A DNA stretch of 64,000 nucleotides, taken from contig CBDFJF010000001.1 of the NCBI GenBank assembly GCA_965248265.1, positions 1,024,001-1,088,000 of the forward strand, read 5' to 3'. This document shows positions 50,718 through 59,879 of this stretch, one piece after another. The notes under the pieces were generated by a model. That model did not search any database and was not told where the DNA came from. It worked only from the letters and a program-made list of their open reading frames with translations. Origin of the DNA: Candidatus Latescibacterota bacterium. GTDB taxonomy: Bacteria > Latescibacterota > UBA2968 > UBA8231. Each line of letters begins with the position of its first letter. The stretch's first letter is position 1. Both the position numbers and the translations under genes were made by a program.

Positions 50718-52169
50718 ACCGCAGACCGCGCTGTCCACTGAGCCAGCGGTCGGTTGGGTATTCGTAGACGCGGTCGGGCAGGCCGACGAGCTGGCCGTCC
50801 TCGATCCACTGCAGGTCGTCACCGTAGAGGTGATCGATCAGCAGCTTGGTGAGGCGTTGTTGGGCTTCGGTATGGTCAGGGCTACCGTTGAGGTCATGCT
50901 GCTCGAGGGGATCATTGTCGACATCAAACAGCTGCAAGGTATTGCCGACCGGATAGTAAATTAGTTTGTAGCGCTCGTCGCGCATCATGCGCGTCGCCGC
51001 TTCGGCGTCGCGATACTCGCCGTACAAATGGTCGCGACGCTCCAGGCCAAGCAGCGACATACCCTCGACGGTTTCCGGACATTCAATACCGCACAGGTCC
51101 AGCAGCGTCGGCATGATGTCGCCCAGTTCGGCGAGGCGGTCGTCGGTCGTGTTCGGCGTAATCCGGTCGCCATCGGCGGTGGGCACGAGGATCAACGGCA
51201 CCCGTGCCGATTTCTCGTACATCATGCCTTGGCCCACAGATGGTGATCGCCGAGCATGTCGCCGTGGTCGGAGGTGAAGCCGATGATCGTGTTTTCGAGT
51301 AACCCCTGCTCGCGCAAATACCCGATCACGAGCCGGATCTCGTGGTCGATGTGGGTGATCGTGGCATAGAATCCACGTCGCGCGAGGTCCTGTTCGTGCG
51401 CCGGCGCCACGCGCCTCCACAACCGGTCGACGACAGGCTTGGCCCCGTAGGGTAATGCCTCGAAGGTGGATGACCAGTCACCGAAAACAGGCGGATCCAT
51501 CTCCACGTCACGATACAGATCCATGTAGGCCTGAGGCGGACACACCGGCGGATGGGGGCCGATGAAAGACAGGTACCAGAATGCCGGTTTGCGAGGATCA
51601 CGCCGATGCATGGCTTTGCACATCTGCGACGCCGCCCAGTTGGTCGGATGGCAGGACTCGGGTAGCGGCCACGCGCGGGTCATGTACTCGGTCGTGTTCA
51701 TCCCATGGGCGAATTCCTGGCCCAGATACCCCTGGTCGGCGAGAAACAATTCCCAGTCGTCACCGCCTAGATCGCCGAGATGATGGCGACCTTCTTCATT
51801 TGTCAGCACGTCGTCGAAGCCGATGCGGTCGCGCTGCGGATGCACGTGCAGCTTGCCGACTGCCATCGACTGATAACCGGCATCGCGAAAGCTCTGCGCG
51901 AGCGTGGGCACCCCCGTGGGTAACCGAAGGGTTTCGTCAAAAACGCGGTCGCCGTGTGTCCTTGCTGTCTGGCCGGTCATCAGCGTTCGCCGAGCGGGGA
52001 TACAGACGGGACAGGCCGAATAAGCACGTGAATAGTGCACGCCACTTGCGGCCAGTTGCGCGATCGTCGGCGCCATGATGACCGGATGCCCGGCCGGGCC
52101 GGTCAGGAGTCCGCTCCAATGGTCGACGCAGATCAACAACACGTTGGGTTGCTCGAGACGTTCACTCAT
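50710..52169 (-). pseudogene. Sulfatase (Cys-type), frameshift at about 51227 (possibly a sequencing error)
   Basis: CIPAR, GKLH, PHPP, SDHGDMLGDH.LWAK / GMMYEKSARVPLI, LFD...DPLE. Confidence 0.85.
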
Positions 52170-52588
52170 CGTCGTTTTCCTCTGCATTGATCCGCGTCCC
52201 ACGTACCCTCCACGAACACCGCCTCATCCTCACCCGGCCACGGCGGCATCGTGACAGCGACCGCAGCCAGTCCCTCGTCGCCCGCGCGGAACTGAAAGTG
52301 GGTACCAAGAGGAATCGTCAGGCAGGTCCCGCGTGACAACGAATCGATGCTCTCTTCGCCTCCCAGCTTCCGCCACATCTCTCCCGACCCACTAACGCAG
52401 TACCAGATCTCCTCGACACTCTGATGTCTCACGGCCCTCGACGTCTGCCCGGATGCAAGCTCGAAGTGCGCCATGCTCCCACGGTCCAGGCTCAGCAATA
52501 TCCTAACATCACTCCCATCCGGAGCCACGACATCCGGTCTGTCTGAAAGAACCTTCGTTTGCGGACGAGGCACGGTTGCCCCCTTCAA
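52166..52588 (-). CDS. Cupin domain protein
   Basis: APDGS.VR.L, H..VEEIWY..SG.G, IP.GTHFQFR, PPWPG. Confidence 0.88.
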   Translation of the reverse strand: MKGATVPRPQTKVLSDRPDVVAPDGSDVRILLSLDRGSMAHFELASGQTSRAVRHQSVEEIWYCVSGSGEMWRKLGGEESIDSLSRGTCLTIPLGTHFQFRAGDEGLAAVAVTMPPWPGEDEAVFVEGTWDADQCRGKRR

Positions 52589-52804
52589 GAATCAATGTGA
52601 TCGGCCTCCTGTCAGTCCCAACCGTCCGGTCAGGTAGTAGGCACCCGCGACAAGGACCACTTTGCCGATATAGTTGATTGCGTCTCGAATCGTCACGGTA
52701 CCCATTTACCTGCGTTGGGGCTGGCGGTAGGCCGAATGAGACAAAAACTGGTATACTCCTGGCTACTATTGTCGGAATATAGGATCTAGCGCTGGGAGAC
52801 TCGA

Positions 52805-54913
52805 ATGCCTATCTCGACCCACGACCTGCCCACCATCCGCGCCACCGATATCGGTCCGCCCCCTGCATGGGCTCTCTTGCAACGCCGGCTCATCTCCACC
52901 ATGGAGGAAGCCGCCGACTGCTTCGTCGACAGGTACTGCCGCTCCGACCTGAGCACCTACTACGTCCAGGACGTCGACGACATCTATGAGATCATGCACA
53001 ACTGGGGATTGTTCTACGCCCTCGGTGCTGATGAGCGCATTCTCGAATACGCCCTCGGGTTCTGGAACGCGACCACGCGGTACTATGAAGACTCTCTCGA
53101 CGTGCATTCGCCGCGGCACGAATTCTACATGCCCCAGCTCCACGACGAGTACTGGAACCTCAACGTCCCCTACAACTCTGACTGGTTCCACATGGGCGAA
53201 GGTTCCCAGCCCTTTTACGACTTCGGTCTGGCCGACCCAACCATCGAGGAAAACGTGCGCCGCGCTTCCCGGTTCGCCGGACTCTACATGGGCGAAGACG
53301 CTGACGCACCGAACTACGACCCGGACCATCGAATCATCCGCTCGCCGTATCACGGCAGTGAGGGACCGCTCCGCCGGGCCGGTAGCAAGGTCCCCCTCCT
53401 GCACTCGCTGGGTGAGACCACCGGCGACATCGAATTCGTCAAAGCGTGGCTCGACCACCCCAACTACGGCGGTCTCATGCACCGGTCCATCGTCCGCGAC
53501 TGGGACCGTTGGAAAAAGGGTAACGTGCAAAATGTCGGCGTGGACTCTCACCACCTGCTCTACCCAACCATCAAAGACCTGGAGCCGGACTGGTGGGAAA
53601 ACGCCGACCGGCGCCGCGAGGTCGTCGAGGTCTTCGAGAAGATGGCCCTGGACGGCGATGTGCCCGAGAACCTTGGCGCCACTGCGATGGTGACCAACGC
53701 CTACCTCTACACCGGCGACGACAAGTACCGCCGTTGGGTGCTCAATTACGTCGACGCCTGGCTCGACCGAACCCGCGACAACGGCGGGATCATTCCCGAC
53801 AATGTCGGGCCCAACGGCGTGATCGGCGAACACCGCAACGGCCAGTGGTGGGGTGGCCTGAAGGGCTGGTCCCGGGAACGGGGCGCCGATGGGCTGTTGA
53901 TCTCGATCGCCATCGGCGCCGAGTGCGCTCACCTGCTCACCGGCGACACCAGTTACCTGGAGCTGCTGCGTTCCCAGACCGACGCGCTCCTCGAGCGCTC
54001 GAAAACCGACGATGACGGTAACCTCGTCGTTCCCAAGCGCTACGGTTTCGAGCCTCGTGCGTCGGTTGCTGACGGGAATGCCGAGCCGGAGTGGCGCGAC
54101 TTTTCCAAGCTCAGCGTGTATGAGATCTCCCACCTCTACCACGCCTCGATGTCCGATCGTGACCGGGCCACCATCGCCAGACTGCGCGAGGGCGACTGCG
54201 ATCGCGATTGGAACGCGGTCGGCAGCGAGCGGGATCGGCGCGGTGGCAACACTGAGCGTGCCCGTTTCCAGTACTACGACGGACAGAACCCTGACTGGCC
54301 GCTGAAAATACAGGAGGCGGAGCTGCGTTTCGTAACCATCATGCTGAGGGCCATGCGGGAGGACCCGCGCGACGTGGAGACGCTCCTTCATGACAACCAC
54401 TGGCCGCCGGTGCATCCCGAGTACCCGGAGCGACGCGACTACGCCTGTGAAGCAGCCAACCCGCTCGTGCTCAAGGGACTGACCCAGGTGACTACCGGAA
54501 CACCGCAGAACATCTACAACGGGGGCCTGCAGCGAGGCAGCGTCCGCTACTTCGACGTCGATCGCAACAGACCCGGCCTACCCCTCGACGTCGCCGCGCT
54601 GGTCGACAGGATGGAGCCCGATATGATCGGTCTGCAGTTGGTCAACACCAGCACCACGAACACACGCAGACTCGTCGTGCAGGCCGGCGTCTTCGGAGAG
54701 CATCAATTCGATGACGTCAAGGTCCTGACCAGCGAAGGGACTGCTACTAGCCTGGACCCCCTCGGCTGGCTCGCGGAGAGCAAGACAGCCGCACAAAGCA
54801 TCGTGCCCGTCAATGGTAAACACTTCACAGTTGAGTTACCGCCGTTCACGTCGGTGAGGATCGAGGCGGGTGTCAAGCGCTTCGCAAATCAACCCAGCTA
54901 CGCCACCCCATAG
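52805..54913 (+). CDS. Uncharacterised conserved protein, paralogue 2 of 3
   Basis: Same motif series as 24128-26080. Confidence 0.9.
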   Translation: MPISTHDLPTIRATDIGPPPAWALLQRRLISTMEEAADCFVDRYCRSDLSTYYVQDVDDIYEIMHNWGLFYALGADERILEYALGFWNATTRYYEDSLDVHSPRHEFYMPQLHDEYWNLNVPYNSDWFHMGEGSQPFYDFGLADPTIEENVRRASRFAGLYMGEDADAPNYDPDHRIIRSPYHGSEGPLRRAGSKVPLLHSLGETTGDIEFVKAWLDHPNYGGLMHRSIVRDWDRWKKGNVQNVGVDSHHLLYPTIKDLEPDWWENADRRREVVEVFEKMALDGDVPENLGATAMVTNAYLYTGDDKYRRWVLNYVDAWLDRTRDNGGIIPDNVGPNGVIGEHRNGQWWGGLKGWSRERGADGLLISIAIGAECAHLLTGDTSYLELLRSQTDALLERSKTDDDGNLVVPKRYGFEPRASVADGNAEPEWRDFSKLSVYEISHLYHASMSDRDRATIARLREGDCDRDWNAVGSERDRRGGNTERARFQYYDGQNPDWPLKIQEAELRFVTIMLRAMREDPRDVETLLHDNHWPPVHPEYPERRDYACEAANPLVLKGLTQVTTGTPQNIYNGGLQRGSVRYFDVDRNRPGLPLDVAALVDRMEPDMIGLQLVNTSTTNTRRLVVQAGVFGEHQFDDVKVLTSEGTATSLDPLGWLAESKTAAQSIVPVNGKHFTVELPPFTSVRIEAGVKRFANQPSYATP

Positions 54914-54964
54914 CCCATCATCAGCGACTCAGACACAAGGCTCGATCCGGAAAGGCGTGTAGAG

Positions 54965-56269
54965 ATGACGACACCCGACAAGACCAGCGACGTTCCGATG
55001 ACACGTCCCGAAGAAGCCATCGCTGTCCTCGAGGGAATCGGCCGCCGGGGCACCTTCGTCGAGCTCACCGACGGACGCATCCTGTATTCCACCAGCGGTG
55101 GCCGGTTCCAGACCTCGTCGGATGGCGGTGTGACCTGGACGGAGTCCCGTGAGGGTGTGGACCCTGACGGTCAGTCGCTGGGGCATGGCGAGGGGAGTTT
55201 GGTACCCCTCGCTGACGGGGCCATCGGCTACGCCTCGCGCCACAGGATGGAAGGTGACTCTTGCGTCGTGTTCTTTCACAGCGAGGACGAAGGGCAGACC
55301 TGGTCACGGCCGATCCGGGTGACCCCGCCCGGCCAGAATCACGCCCAGCTCAACGGCACCGCGTTGCGCACGTCGTCCGGTCGCATCATCGTGCCGACCT
55401 ACGCCGGCATGAGGATGGCCGCCGACCCGGAGGCCGTGAAGAAACAGGCAGGCGGTTACCTGCGCGATCAATGGATCGCCGTCGGCGCCCACGACTACGA
55501 TTCCGGCTTCTGCTGGTGTTGCGCCTATTACTCAGACGACGAGGGCCGCACCTGGCATGGCAACCGGGACGGCGAGATTTTCATCTGGGACGAGGAGGCG
55601 ATGACATGGAACCGGACGGCCGAGCCGACCGTCGAGGAGGTCGCGCCGGGACACCTGCTCATGTTCATGCGGACGGAACTGGGCAGACTCTATCAGTCGT
55701 GGTCTTCCGACAACGGCGAAACCTGGACGGCGCCAAAACCGACGCTGCTGGCGGCCCCGAATGCGCCAGCGCAACTCAAGCGCATCCCGTCAACCGGTGA
55801 CCTCGTCTGCGTCTGGTCCCAGGCCAGCGAACAAGACATCGAGCGTGGCGTGGGCCGCAGCCGGCTGAGTACGGCGGTCAGCCGCAGCCAGGGTACTGTG
55901 TGGGAGTTCTTCCAGAACATCGACTCGGCTCTGGAAGGCACCCGCATCGAACCGGGACCCCTGCGCCGCGTCAAACCCAAGGGCGTTATCCTCGATCACC
56001 GCAAGTCTCAAATGGTGCGGCCGGCTGAGTCGATCGTCGACCTCCCGGAGGACTACCGCCTGACATCCTACCCTTCCGTGTTCTTCCAAGGCGACCACAT
56101 GATGGTCGGCCACACCAACGCCCACATCGAGGCAGACGGTACCTACGTAAAACCGGGGCGGATGATTGTCGTGCCGGTGAGCTGGCTGTATGGCGGAGCC
56201 GCCGAACGCATGGAGCGAAACGGGTTCACGAGAGACCTCAATAAGCGGTTTCCCGCGATTCCTACTTGA
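54965..56269 (+). CDS. Sialidase/BNR (Asp-box) family protein
   Basis: S.DGG.TW, SEDEGQTW, SDDEGRTW, SSDNGETW; EP, RT, SYP. Confidence 0.88.
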   Translation: MTTPDKTSDVPMTRPEEAIAVLEGIGRRGTFVELTDGRILYSTSGGRFQTSSDGGVTWTESREGVDPDGQSLGHGEGSLVPLADGAIGYASRHRMEGDSCVVFFHSEDEGQTWSRPIRVTPPGQNHAQLNGTALRTSSGRIIVPTYAGMRMAADPEAVKKQAGGYLRDQWIAVGAHDYDSGFCWCCAYYSDDEGRTWHGNRDGEIFIWDEEAMTWNRTAEPTVEEVAPGHLLMFMRTELGRLYQSWSSDNGETWTAPKPTLLAAPNAPAQLKRIPSTGDLVCVWSQASEQDIERGVGRSRLSTAVSRSQGTVWEFFQNIDSALEGTRIEPGPLRRVKPKGVILDHRKSQMVRPAESIVDLPEDYRLTSYPSVFFQGDHMMVGHTNAHIEADGTYVKPGRMIVVPVSWLYGGAAERMERNGFTRDLNKRFPAIPT

Positions 56270-59200
56270 TCAGGATGATCGACTGCTGAGCTGCATCCTG
56301 CCCCGCAGTGAGGCTCGCGAAATAGACCCCGCTCGCCGCCGCTTGGCCGCCGTCTGAATGGCCGTGCCATTGCGTGGTGTACCGTCCCACTGACAACCGT
56401 TCATCGACGAGGACGGAGATCAGTTGTCCGACGGAATTGTAGATCGCCAACCGCACTGCACTCTCTTCCGCAATCGTGAAGCCCATCGAGGTAGCGGAGT
56501 TGAACGGATTGGGGAAATTCGGCTCGAGGGCGAACTGCAGCGGCAGCGGACCGTCCCCTTCCTCTTCGATGGCCGTTGGCCAGATGCCCTCCATCAACTC
56601 CAAGCGCGCGTTGGTGGCCACCTCTCTGTGGGTGTCCACGGTCCCACTCGGCCACGCGACGACGAGGGAATCGAGTCGGGTGACGTCGTTCAAGCCAAAC
56701 CGGGCACCGGGGTAATTGGCGGAGTACTCCCCGGCCGCACGCACTTCCCGCATCTGCATCCCTCCCTCGGGGTAGTGCGCGGTAACCCGCGCGCCAATAC
56801 CGTCAAGATTGCTCTCGACCCCGCGGAGGGTGATGTCCAACCAGTTGTGCTGGCTGCCGCCGTTCCGGTAAAGCCTGTTGGCACGGTGCTCCTCCATGAC
56901 GTAGACGTCGAGATCGCCATCCGCGTCATAGTCCCCCAGGACCAGGCCGCGCGTGTTTTCAGACGTGTCAATGCCGAAGGCCGACGCCCGGTCGATGAAA
57001 TGGCCGTTCCCCTCATTGACGTAGACGCGATTGGACGATCGGGTGTTGACGACAAAGATGTCGAGATCGCCGTCGTTGTCGTAGTCGCCGAACGTCCCGG
57101 CGTTGCCGCGGCCCATATTGGTGACGCCGCTGCTCACCGCTACATCAGTGAACGTGCCTTGCGCCAGGTCATTGCGCCACAGGGCGCTTGCGCCGTTGCT
57201 GTTGACGACGTAGAGATCGAGATCGCCGTCGTCGTCCACATCGCCCGGGCTGATGCCGAGGGTTTCGCTCTGATCACCCATCTGCGTAGCCGTGTAGCTT
57301 GCCTCTCCGGTTTCGGAATGCAGGACGTCGGCGTCACCGAAGTTGGTGACGTAGAGATCGAGGTCGCCGTCATTGTCGTAGTCGGCAAAGGATGCAGCCG
57401 AGCTGCCGCCTGAAGGTGGGGGTCGGACCTGTCTCTCCTTGGTCACATCCTCGAACCGCCCTCCTTCCGTTTTCCGGTAGAGGATATTGTTGAATGCCTG
57501 CGAGATGAACAGATCGAGGTAGCCGTCTCCGTCGTAGTCACCGGCGGTGACTCCGAAGCTGCTTTGCGCCCTGTCGAGGCCGGAATCGACGGAGATGTCC
57601 GAGAACGTGCCGTCACCGTCGTTGTGGAACAGCAGGTTCTGCTGGCCTGTTACGACGAAGCCGCCGCGTGCGGCGAACAGATCCAGGTAACCGTCGCGAT
57701 CGAAGTCGGCGAACAGCACCCCGGTGCCGTTGCCATGGCTCGCCACGCCCGCCACCTGGGTCACGTCCGTGAAACCGGCGTCGCCGTCGTTGCGGTACAG
57801 GACGTTGTCCTCGTCACCGTGCCAGCCGCCGTTGTTGAGGTAAAGATCTAGGTCTCCGTCGTTGTCGTAGTCAGCGAATGCGGCGGCAAACCCCAGCTGG
57901 TCATCGTCGACGCCGACCAGGGCGGCGACTTCCTCGAAGCGATGCATGTACAGCCGTCGCGCCCGGTAGTCGTTGGCGGCCAGCTCGTCACCGGCCTCCA
58001 GCCGGAATTCGACGAGATGTTCGCCACTGAACCGCGGATGCCAGGCCCGGTCCTCGCGCACACGAATCATCTCCCCTGCGGCCAACGCCGGTACCGGCAG
58101 GCTCGAGGTGTGGACGATCGCGCCCTCGAAGGTGATGGTCACCTGCAACAGCGCGTCATCCACCGTCGTGAGGCCCCGGTTGGTGATCTCCACCTCGGAC
58201 TCCACTCCGGTTTCCCAGGAGCTGTCCAGCTGCGGCCCCAGGATCCGGGAAATTGCCAGGTCCCGCTGCGGTTGCGGCTCCCGCAACCGCAGCACCTGAC
58301 CGGTGGGCACATCCGACAGCGTCTGTCGCTTTCCCGATGGCCACGCGACAATGATCTCGGAGATGGTCTCAGACCCTCCGGTCCCCAGGTGCAGCAGGTC
58401 GCCGTGGACTATTCCGATTGATGAGCCGACCACATGATCCCGCGTCAATTCTGTATCTTCGTCCAGGCGGGCGTACAGAACCGTCCCGAGCGGGCTCTCC
58501 CCGTCGTCGCGCGACACGAGCTCGATCTCGAGCCAGTGGCCGGTGGCGGGCGTGTCGTTGCGCAGCAGCACATCGCCCGCGTCGTTGCTGGCGACAAAGA
58601 CGTCCACATCGCCGTCCCTGTCGTAGTCGGCGATGGCCAATCCTATGTGTTTGGCGCTGCCCGCTGTGGTCGGGTAAGCGCTCGCGGACACGTCCGCAAA
58701 GCGGTTTCCGTCGTTGCGCCTGACGATCGTCGACTCCCCGTCTACGACCAGCAGATCCAGATCCCCGTCGTTGTCGAGATCCGCCCAGGCACCGCCCTCA
58801 CCTGACGTATCTCCGCCCACACCCATGGCTTCGGTGATGTCGACGAATCGTCCACCCCTGTTCTCGTACAGTGTGTTCGTCTCAGGGGCGGCGTTGAGAA
58901 CGTAGAGATCCAGGTCACTGTCGTTGTCGAAATCGGCGGCGATCGCGGAGCGGCTCTTCGAGGGCCGCTGCAGGCCGGCCGCCTCGGTCGATGGCCGGAA
59001 GGTTCCGTCCCCCAGGTTGCGGTAGAGCCGGTTGGTCGCACCGAAGTTGCTGACGTAGAGATCCCGGTAACCATCGCCATCGTAGTCAAACGCCGTGGCG
59101 CCCCACGAGTCCTCACCACTCTCCAGCGTACTGGTCACATCAGTGATGTCGGTTCCGTGGTCCGTCAGGATTCCACTGTACAGGCGGTTGCGCCCGCTCG

Positions 59201-59681
59201 TCCGGTGCGTGAGAAAGAGATCAACCTCACCGTCACCGTCGAAATCGCCGAACAGGGCGCTCGTAGCCCGGGGCGCATCGATCAGTCCCGGCGGCGACGG
59301 GATCGTGCGGAAAGAGCCCTCGACATTCTCATAAAACTGATTGGCGTTGGAGTACTTGAGCAGGAAGATGTCGAGATCGCCGTCGGCCTGTAGATCGACG
59401 AACATTCCAGCGAGAGCATTCTGACTGTCCTCAAGCGCGTCGGGCCTCCAGGAGAATTGACCGTCACCCCGGTTGCGGTAAAGCAGGGCCTCCTGGCTCC
59501 GGCTGAATCGGGCAACCAGCAGATCGGGCCAGCCGTCGCCGTCGTAGTCGGCGAAGGAAGGGCCATTGCCGAAACCGGTATCGTGGACCCATGCGTCCAG
59601 CGTTTGATCGGAAAAGGTGATGCCGTAACTGCAGACGGGGCTCAAAGTTAGGATGAGCCACAGCCCGGCGAACTTGCGCAT
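56262..59681 (-). CDS. Secreted tandem CRTAC1-like protein (FG-GAP repeats + ASPIC/UnbV, twice) with FlgD-Ig-type C-terminal domain
   Basis: Many DxDxDGxxD repeats; two WL.I.L...G.R...WPSG modules; NFPNPFNSAT...IYN..GQ...SGVYF tail. Confidence 0.9.
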   Translation of the reverse strand: MRKFAGLWLILTLSPVCSYGITFSDQTLDAWVHDTGFGNGPSFADYDGDGWPDLLVARFSRSQEALLYRNRGDGQFSWRPDALEDSQNALAGMFVDLQADGDLDIFLLKYSNANQFYENVEGSFRTIPSPPGLIDAPRATSALFGDFDGDGEVDLFLTHRTSGRNRLYSGILTDHGTDITDVTSTLESGEDSWGATAFDYDGDGYRDLYVSNFGATNRLYRNLGDGTFRPSTEAAGLQRPSKSRSAIAADFDNDSDLDLYVLNAAPETNTLYENRGGRFVDITEAMGVGGDTSGEGGAWADLDNDGDLDLLVVDGESTIVRRNDGNRFADVSASAYPTTAGSAKHIGLAIADYDRDGDVDVFVASNDAGDVLLRNDTPATGHWLEIELVSRDDGESPLGTVLYARLDEDTELTRDHVVGSSIGIVHGDLLHLGTGGSETISEIIVAWPSGKRQTLSDVPTGQVLRLREPQPQRDLAISRILGPQLDSSWETGVESEVEITNRGLTTVDDALLQVTITFEGAIVHTSSLPVPALAAGEMIRVREDRAWHPRFSGEHLVEFRLEAGDELAANDYRARRLYMHRFEEVAALVGVDDDQLGFAAAFADYDNDGDLDLYLNNGGWHGDEDNVLYRNDGDAGFTDVTQVAGVASHGNGTGVLFADFDRDGYLDLFAARGGFVVTGQQNLLFHNDGDGTFSDISVDSGLDRAQSSFGVTAGDYDGDGYLDLFISQAFNNILYRKTEGGRFEDVTKERQVRPPPSGGSSAASFADYDNDGDLDLYVTNFGDADVLHSETGEASYTATQMGDQSETLGISPGDVDDDGDLDLYVVNSNGASALWRNDLAQGTFTDVAVSSGVTNMGRGNAGTFGDYDNDGDLDIFVVNTRSSNRVYVNEGNGHFIDRASAFGIDTSENTRGLVLGDYDADGDLDVYVMEEHRANRLYRNGGSQHNWLDITLRGVESNLDGIGARVTAHYPEGGMQMREVRAAGEYSANYPGARFGLNDVTRLDSLVVAWPSGTVDTHREVATNARLELMEGIWPTAIEEEGDGPLPLQFALEPNFPNPFNSATSMGFTIAEESAVRLAIYNSVGQLISVLVDERLSVGRYTTQWHGHSDGGQAAASGVYFASLTAGQDAAQQSIILIK

Positions 59682-59879
59682 TGGGGCTCGTTTCTCTGTC
59701 CAGCCAGGTTGTACACCGCGAGCAGGGCGGCAAGCCCCCGCAACCGGACTGTAGTTTGGGCACCGGCCCCTAAGATACGGCGTGGAGACCTCAAATCAAA
59801 GCTGGGTTGCGGTCATCAAGATCCTCGCATAAGTAGAACGCTGACCTCGACCGCGAAGTCCACAACAGGAGCCACGCCC

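Noticed and set aside
52766-54415. Long antisense ORFs (also 1942-3132, 5743-6693, 25211-26227, 33958-35412, 56424-57413)
   Set aside because: Shadow frames of GC-rich genes on the opposite strand; no motifs.
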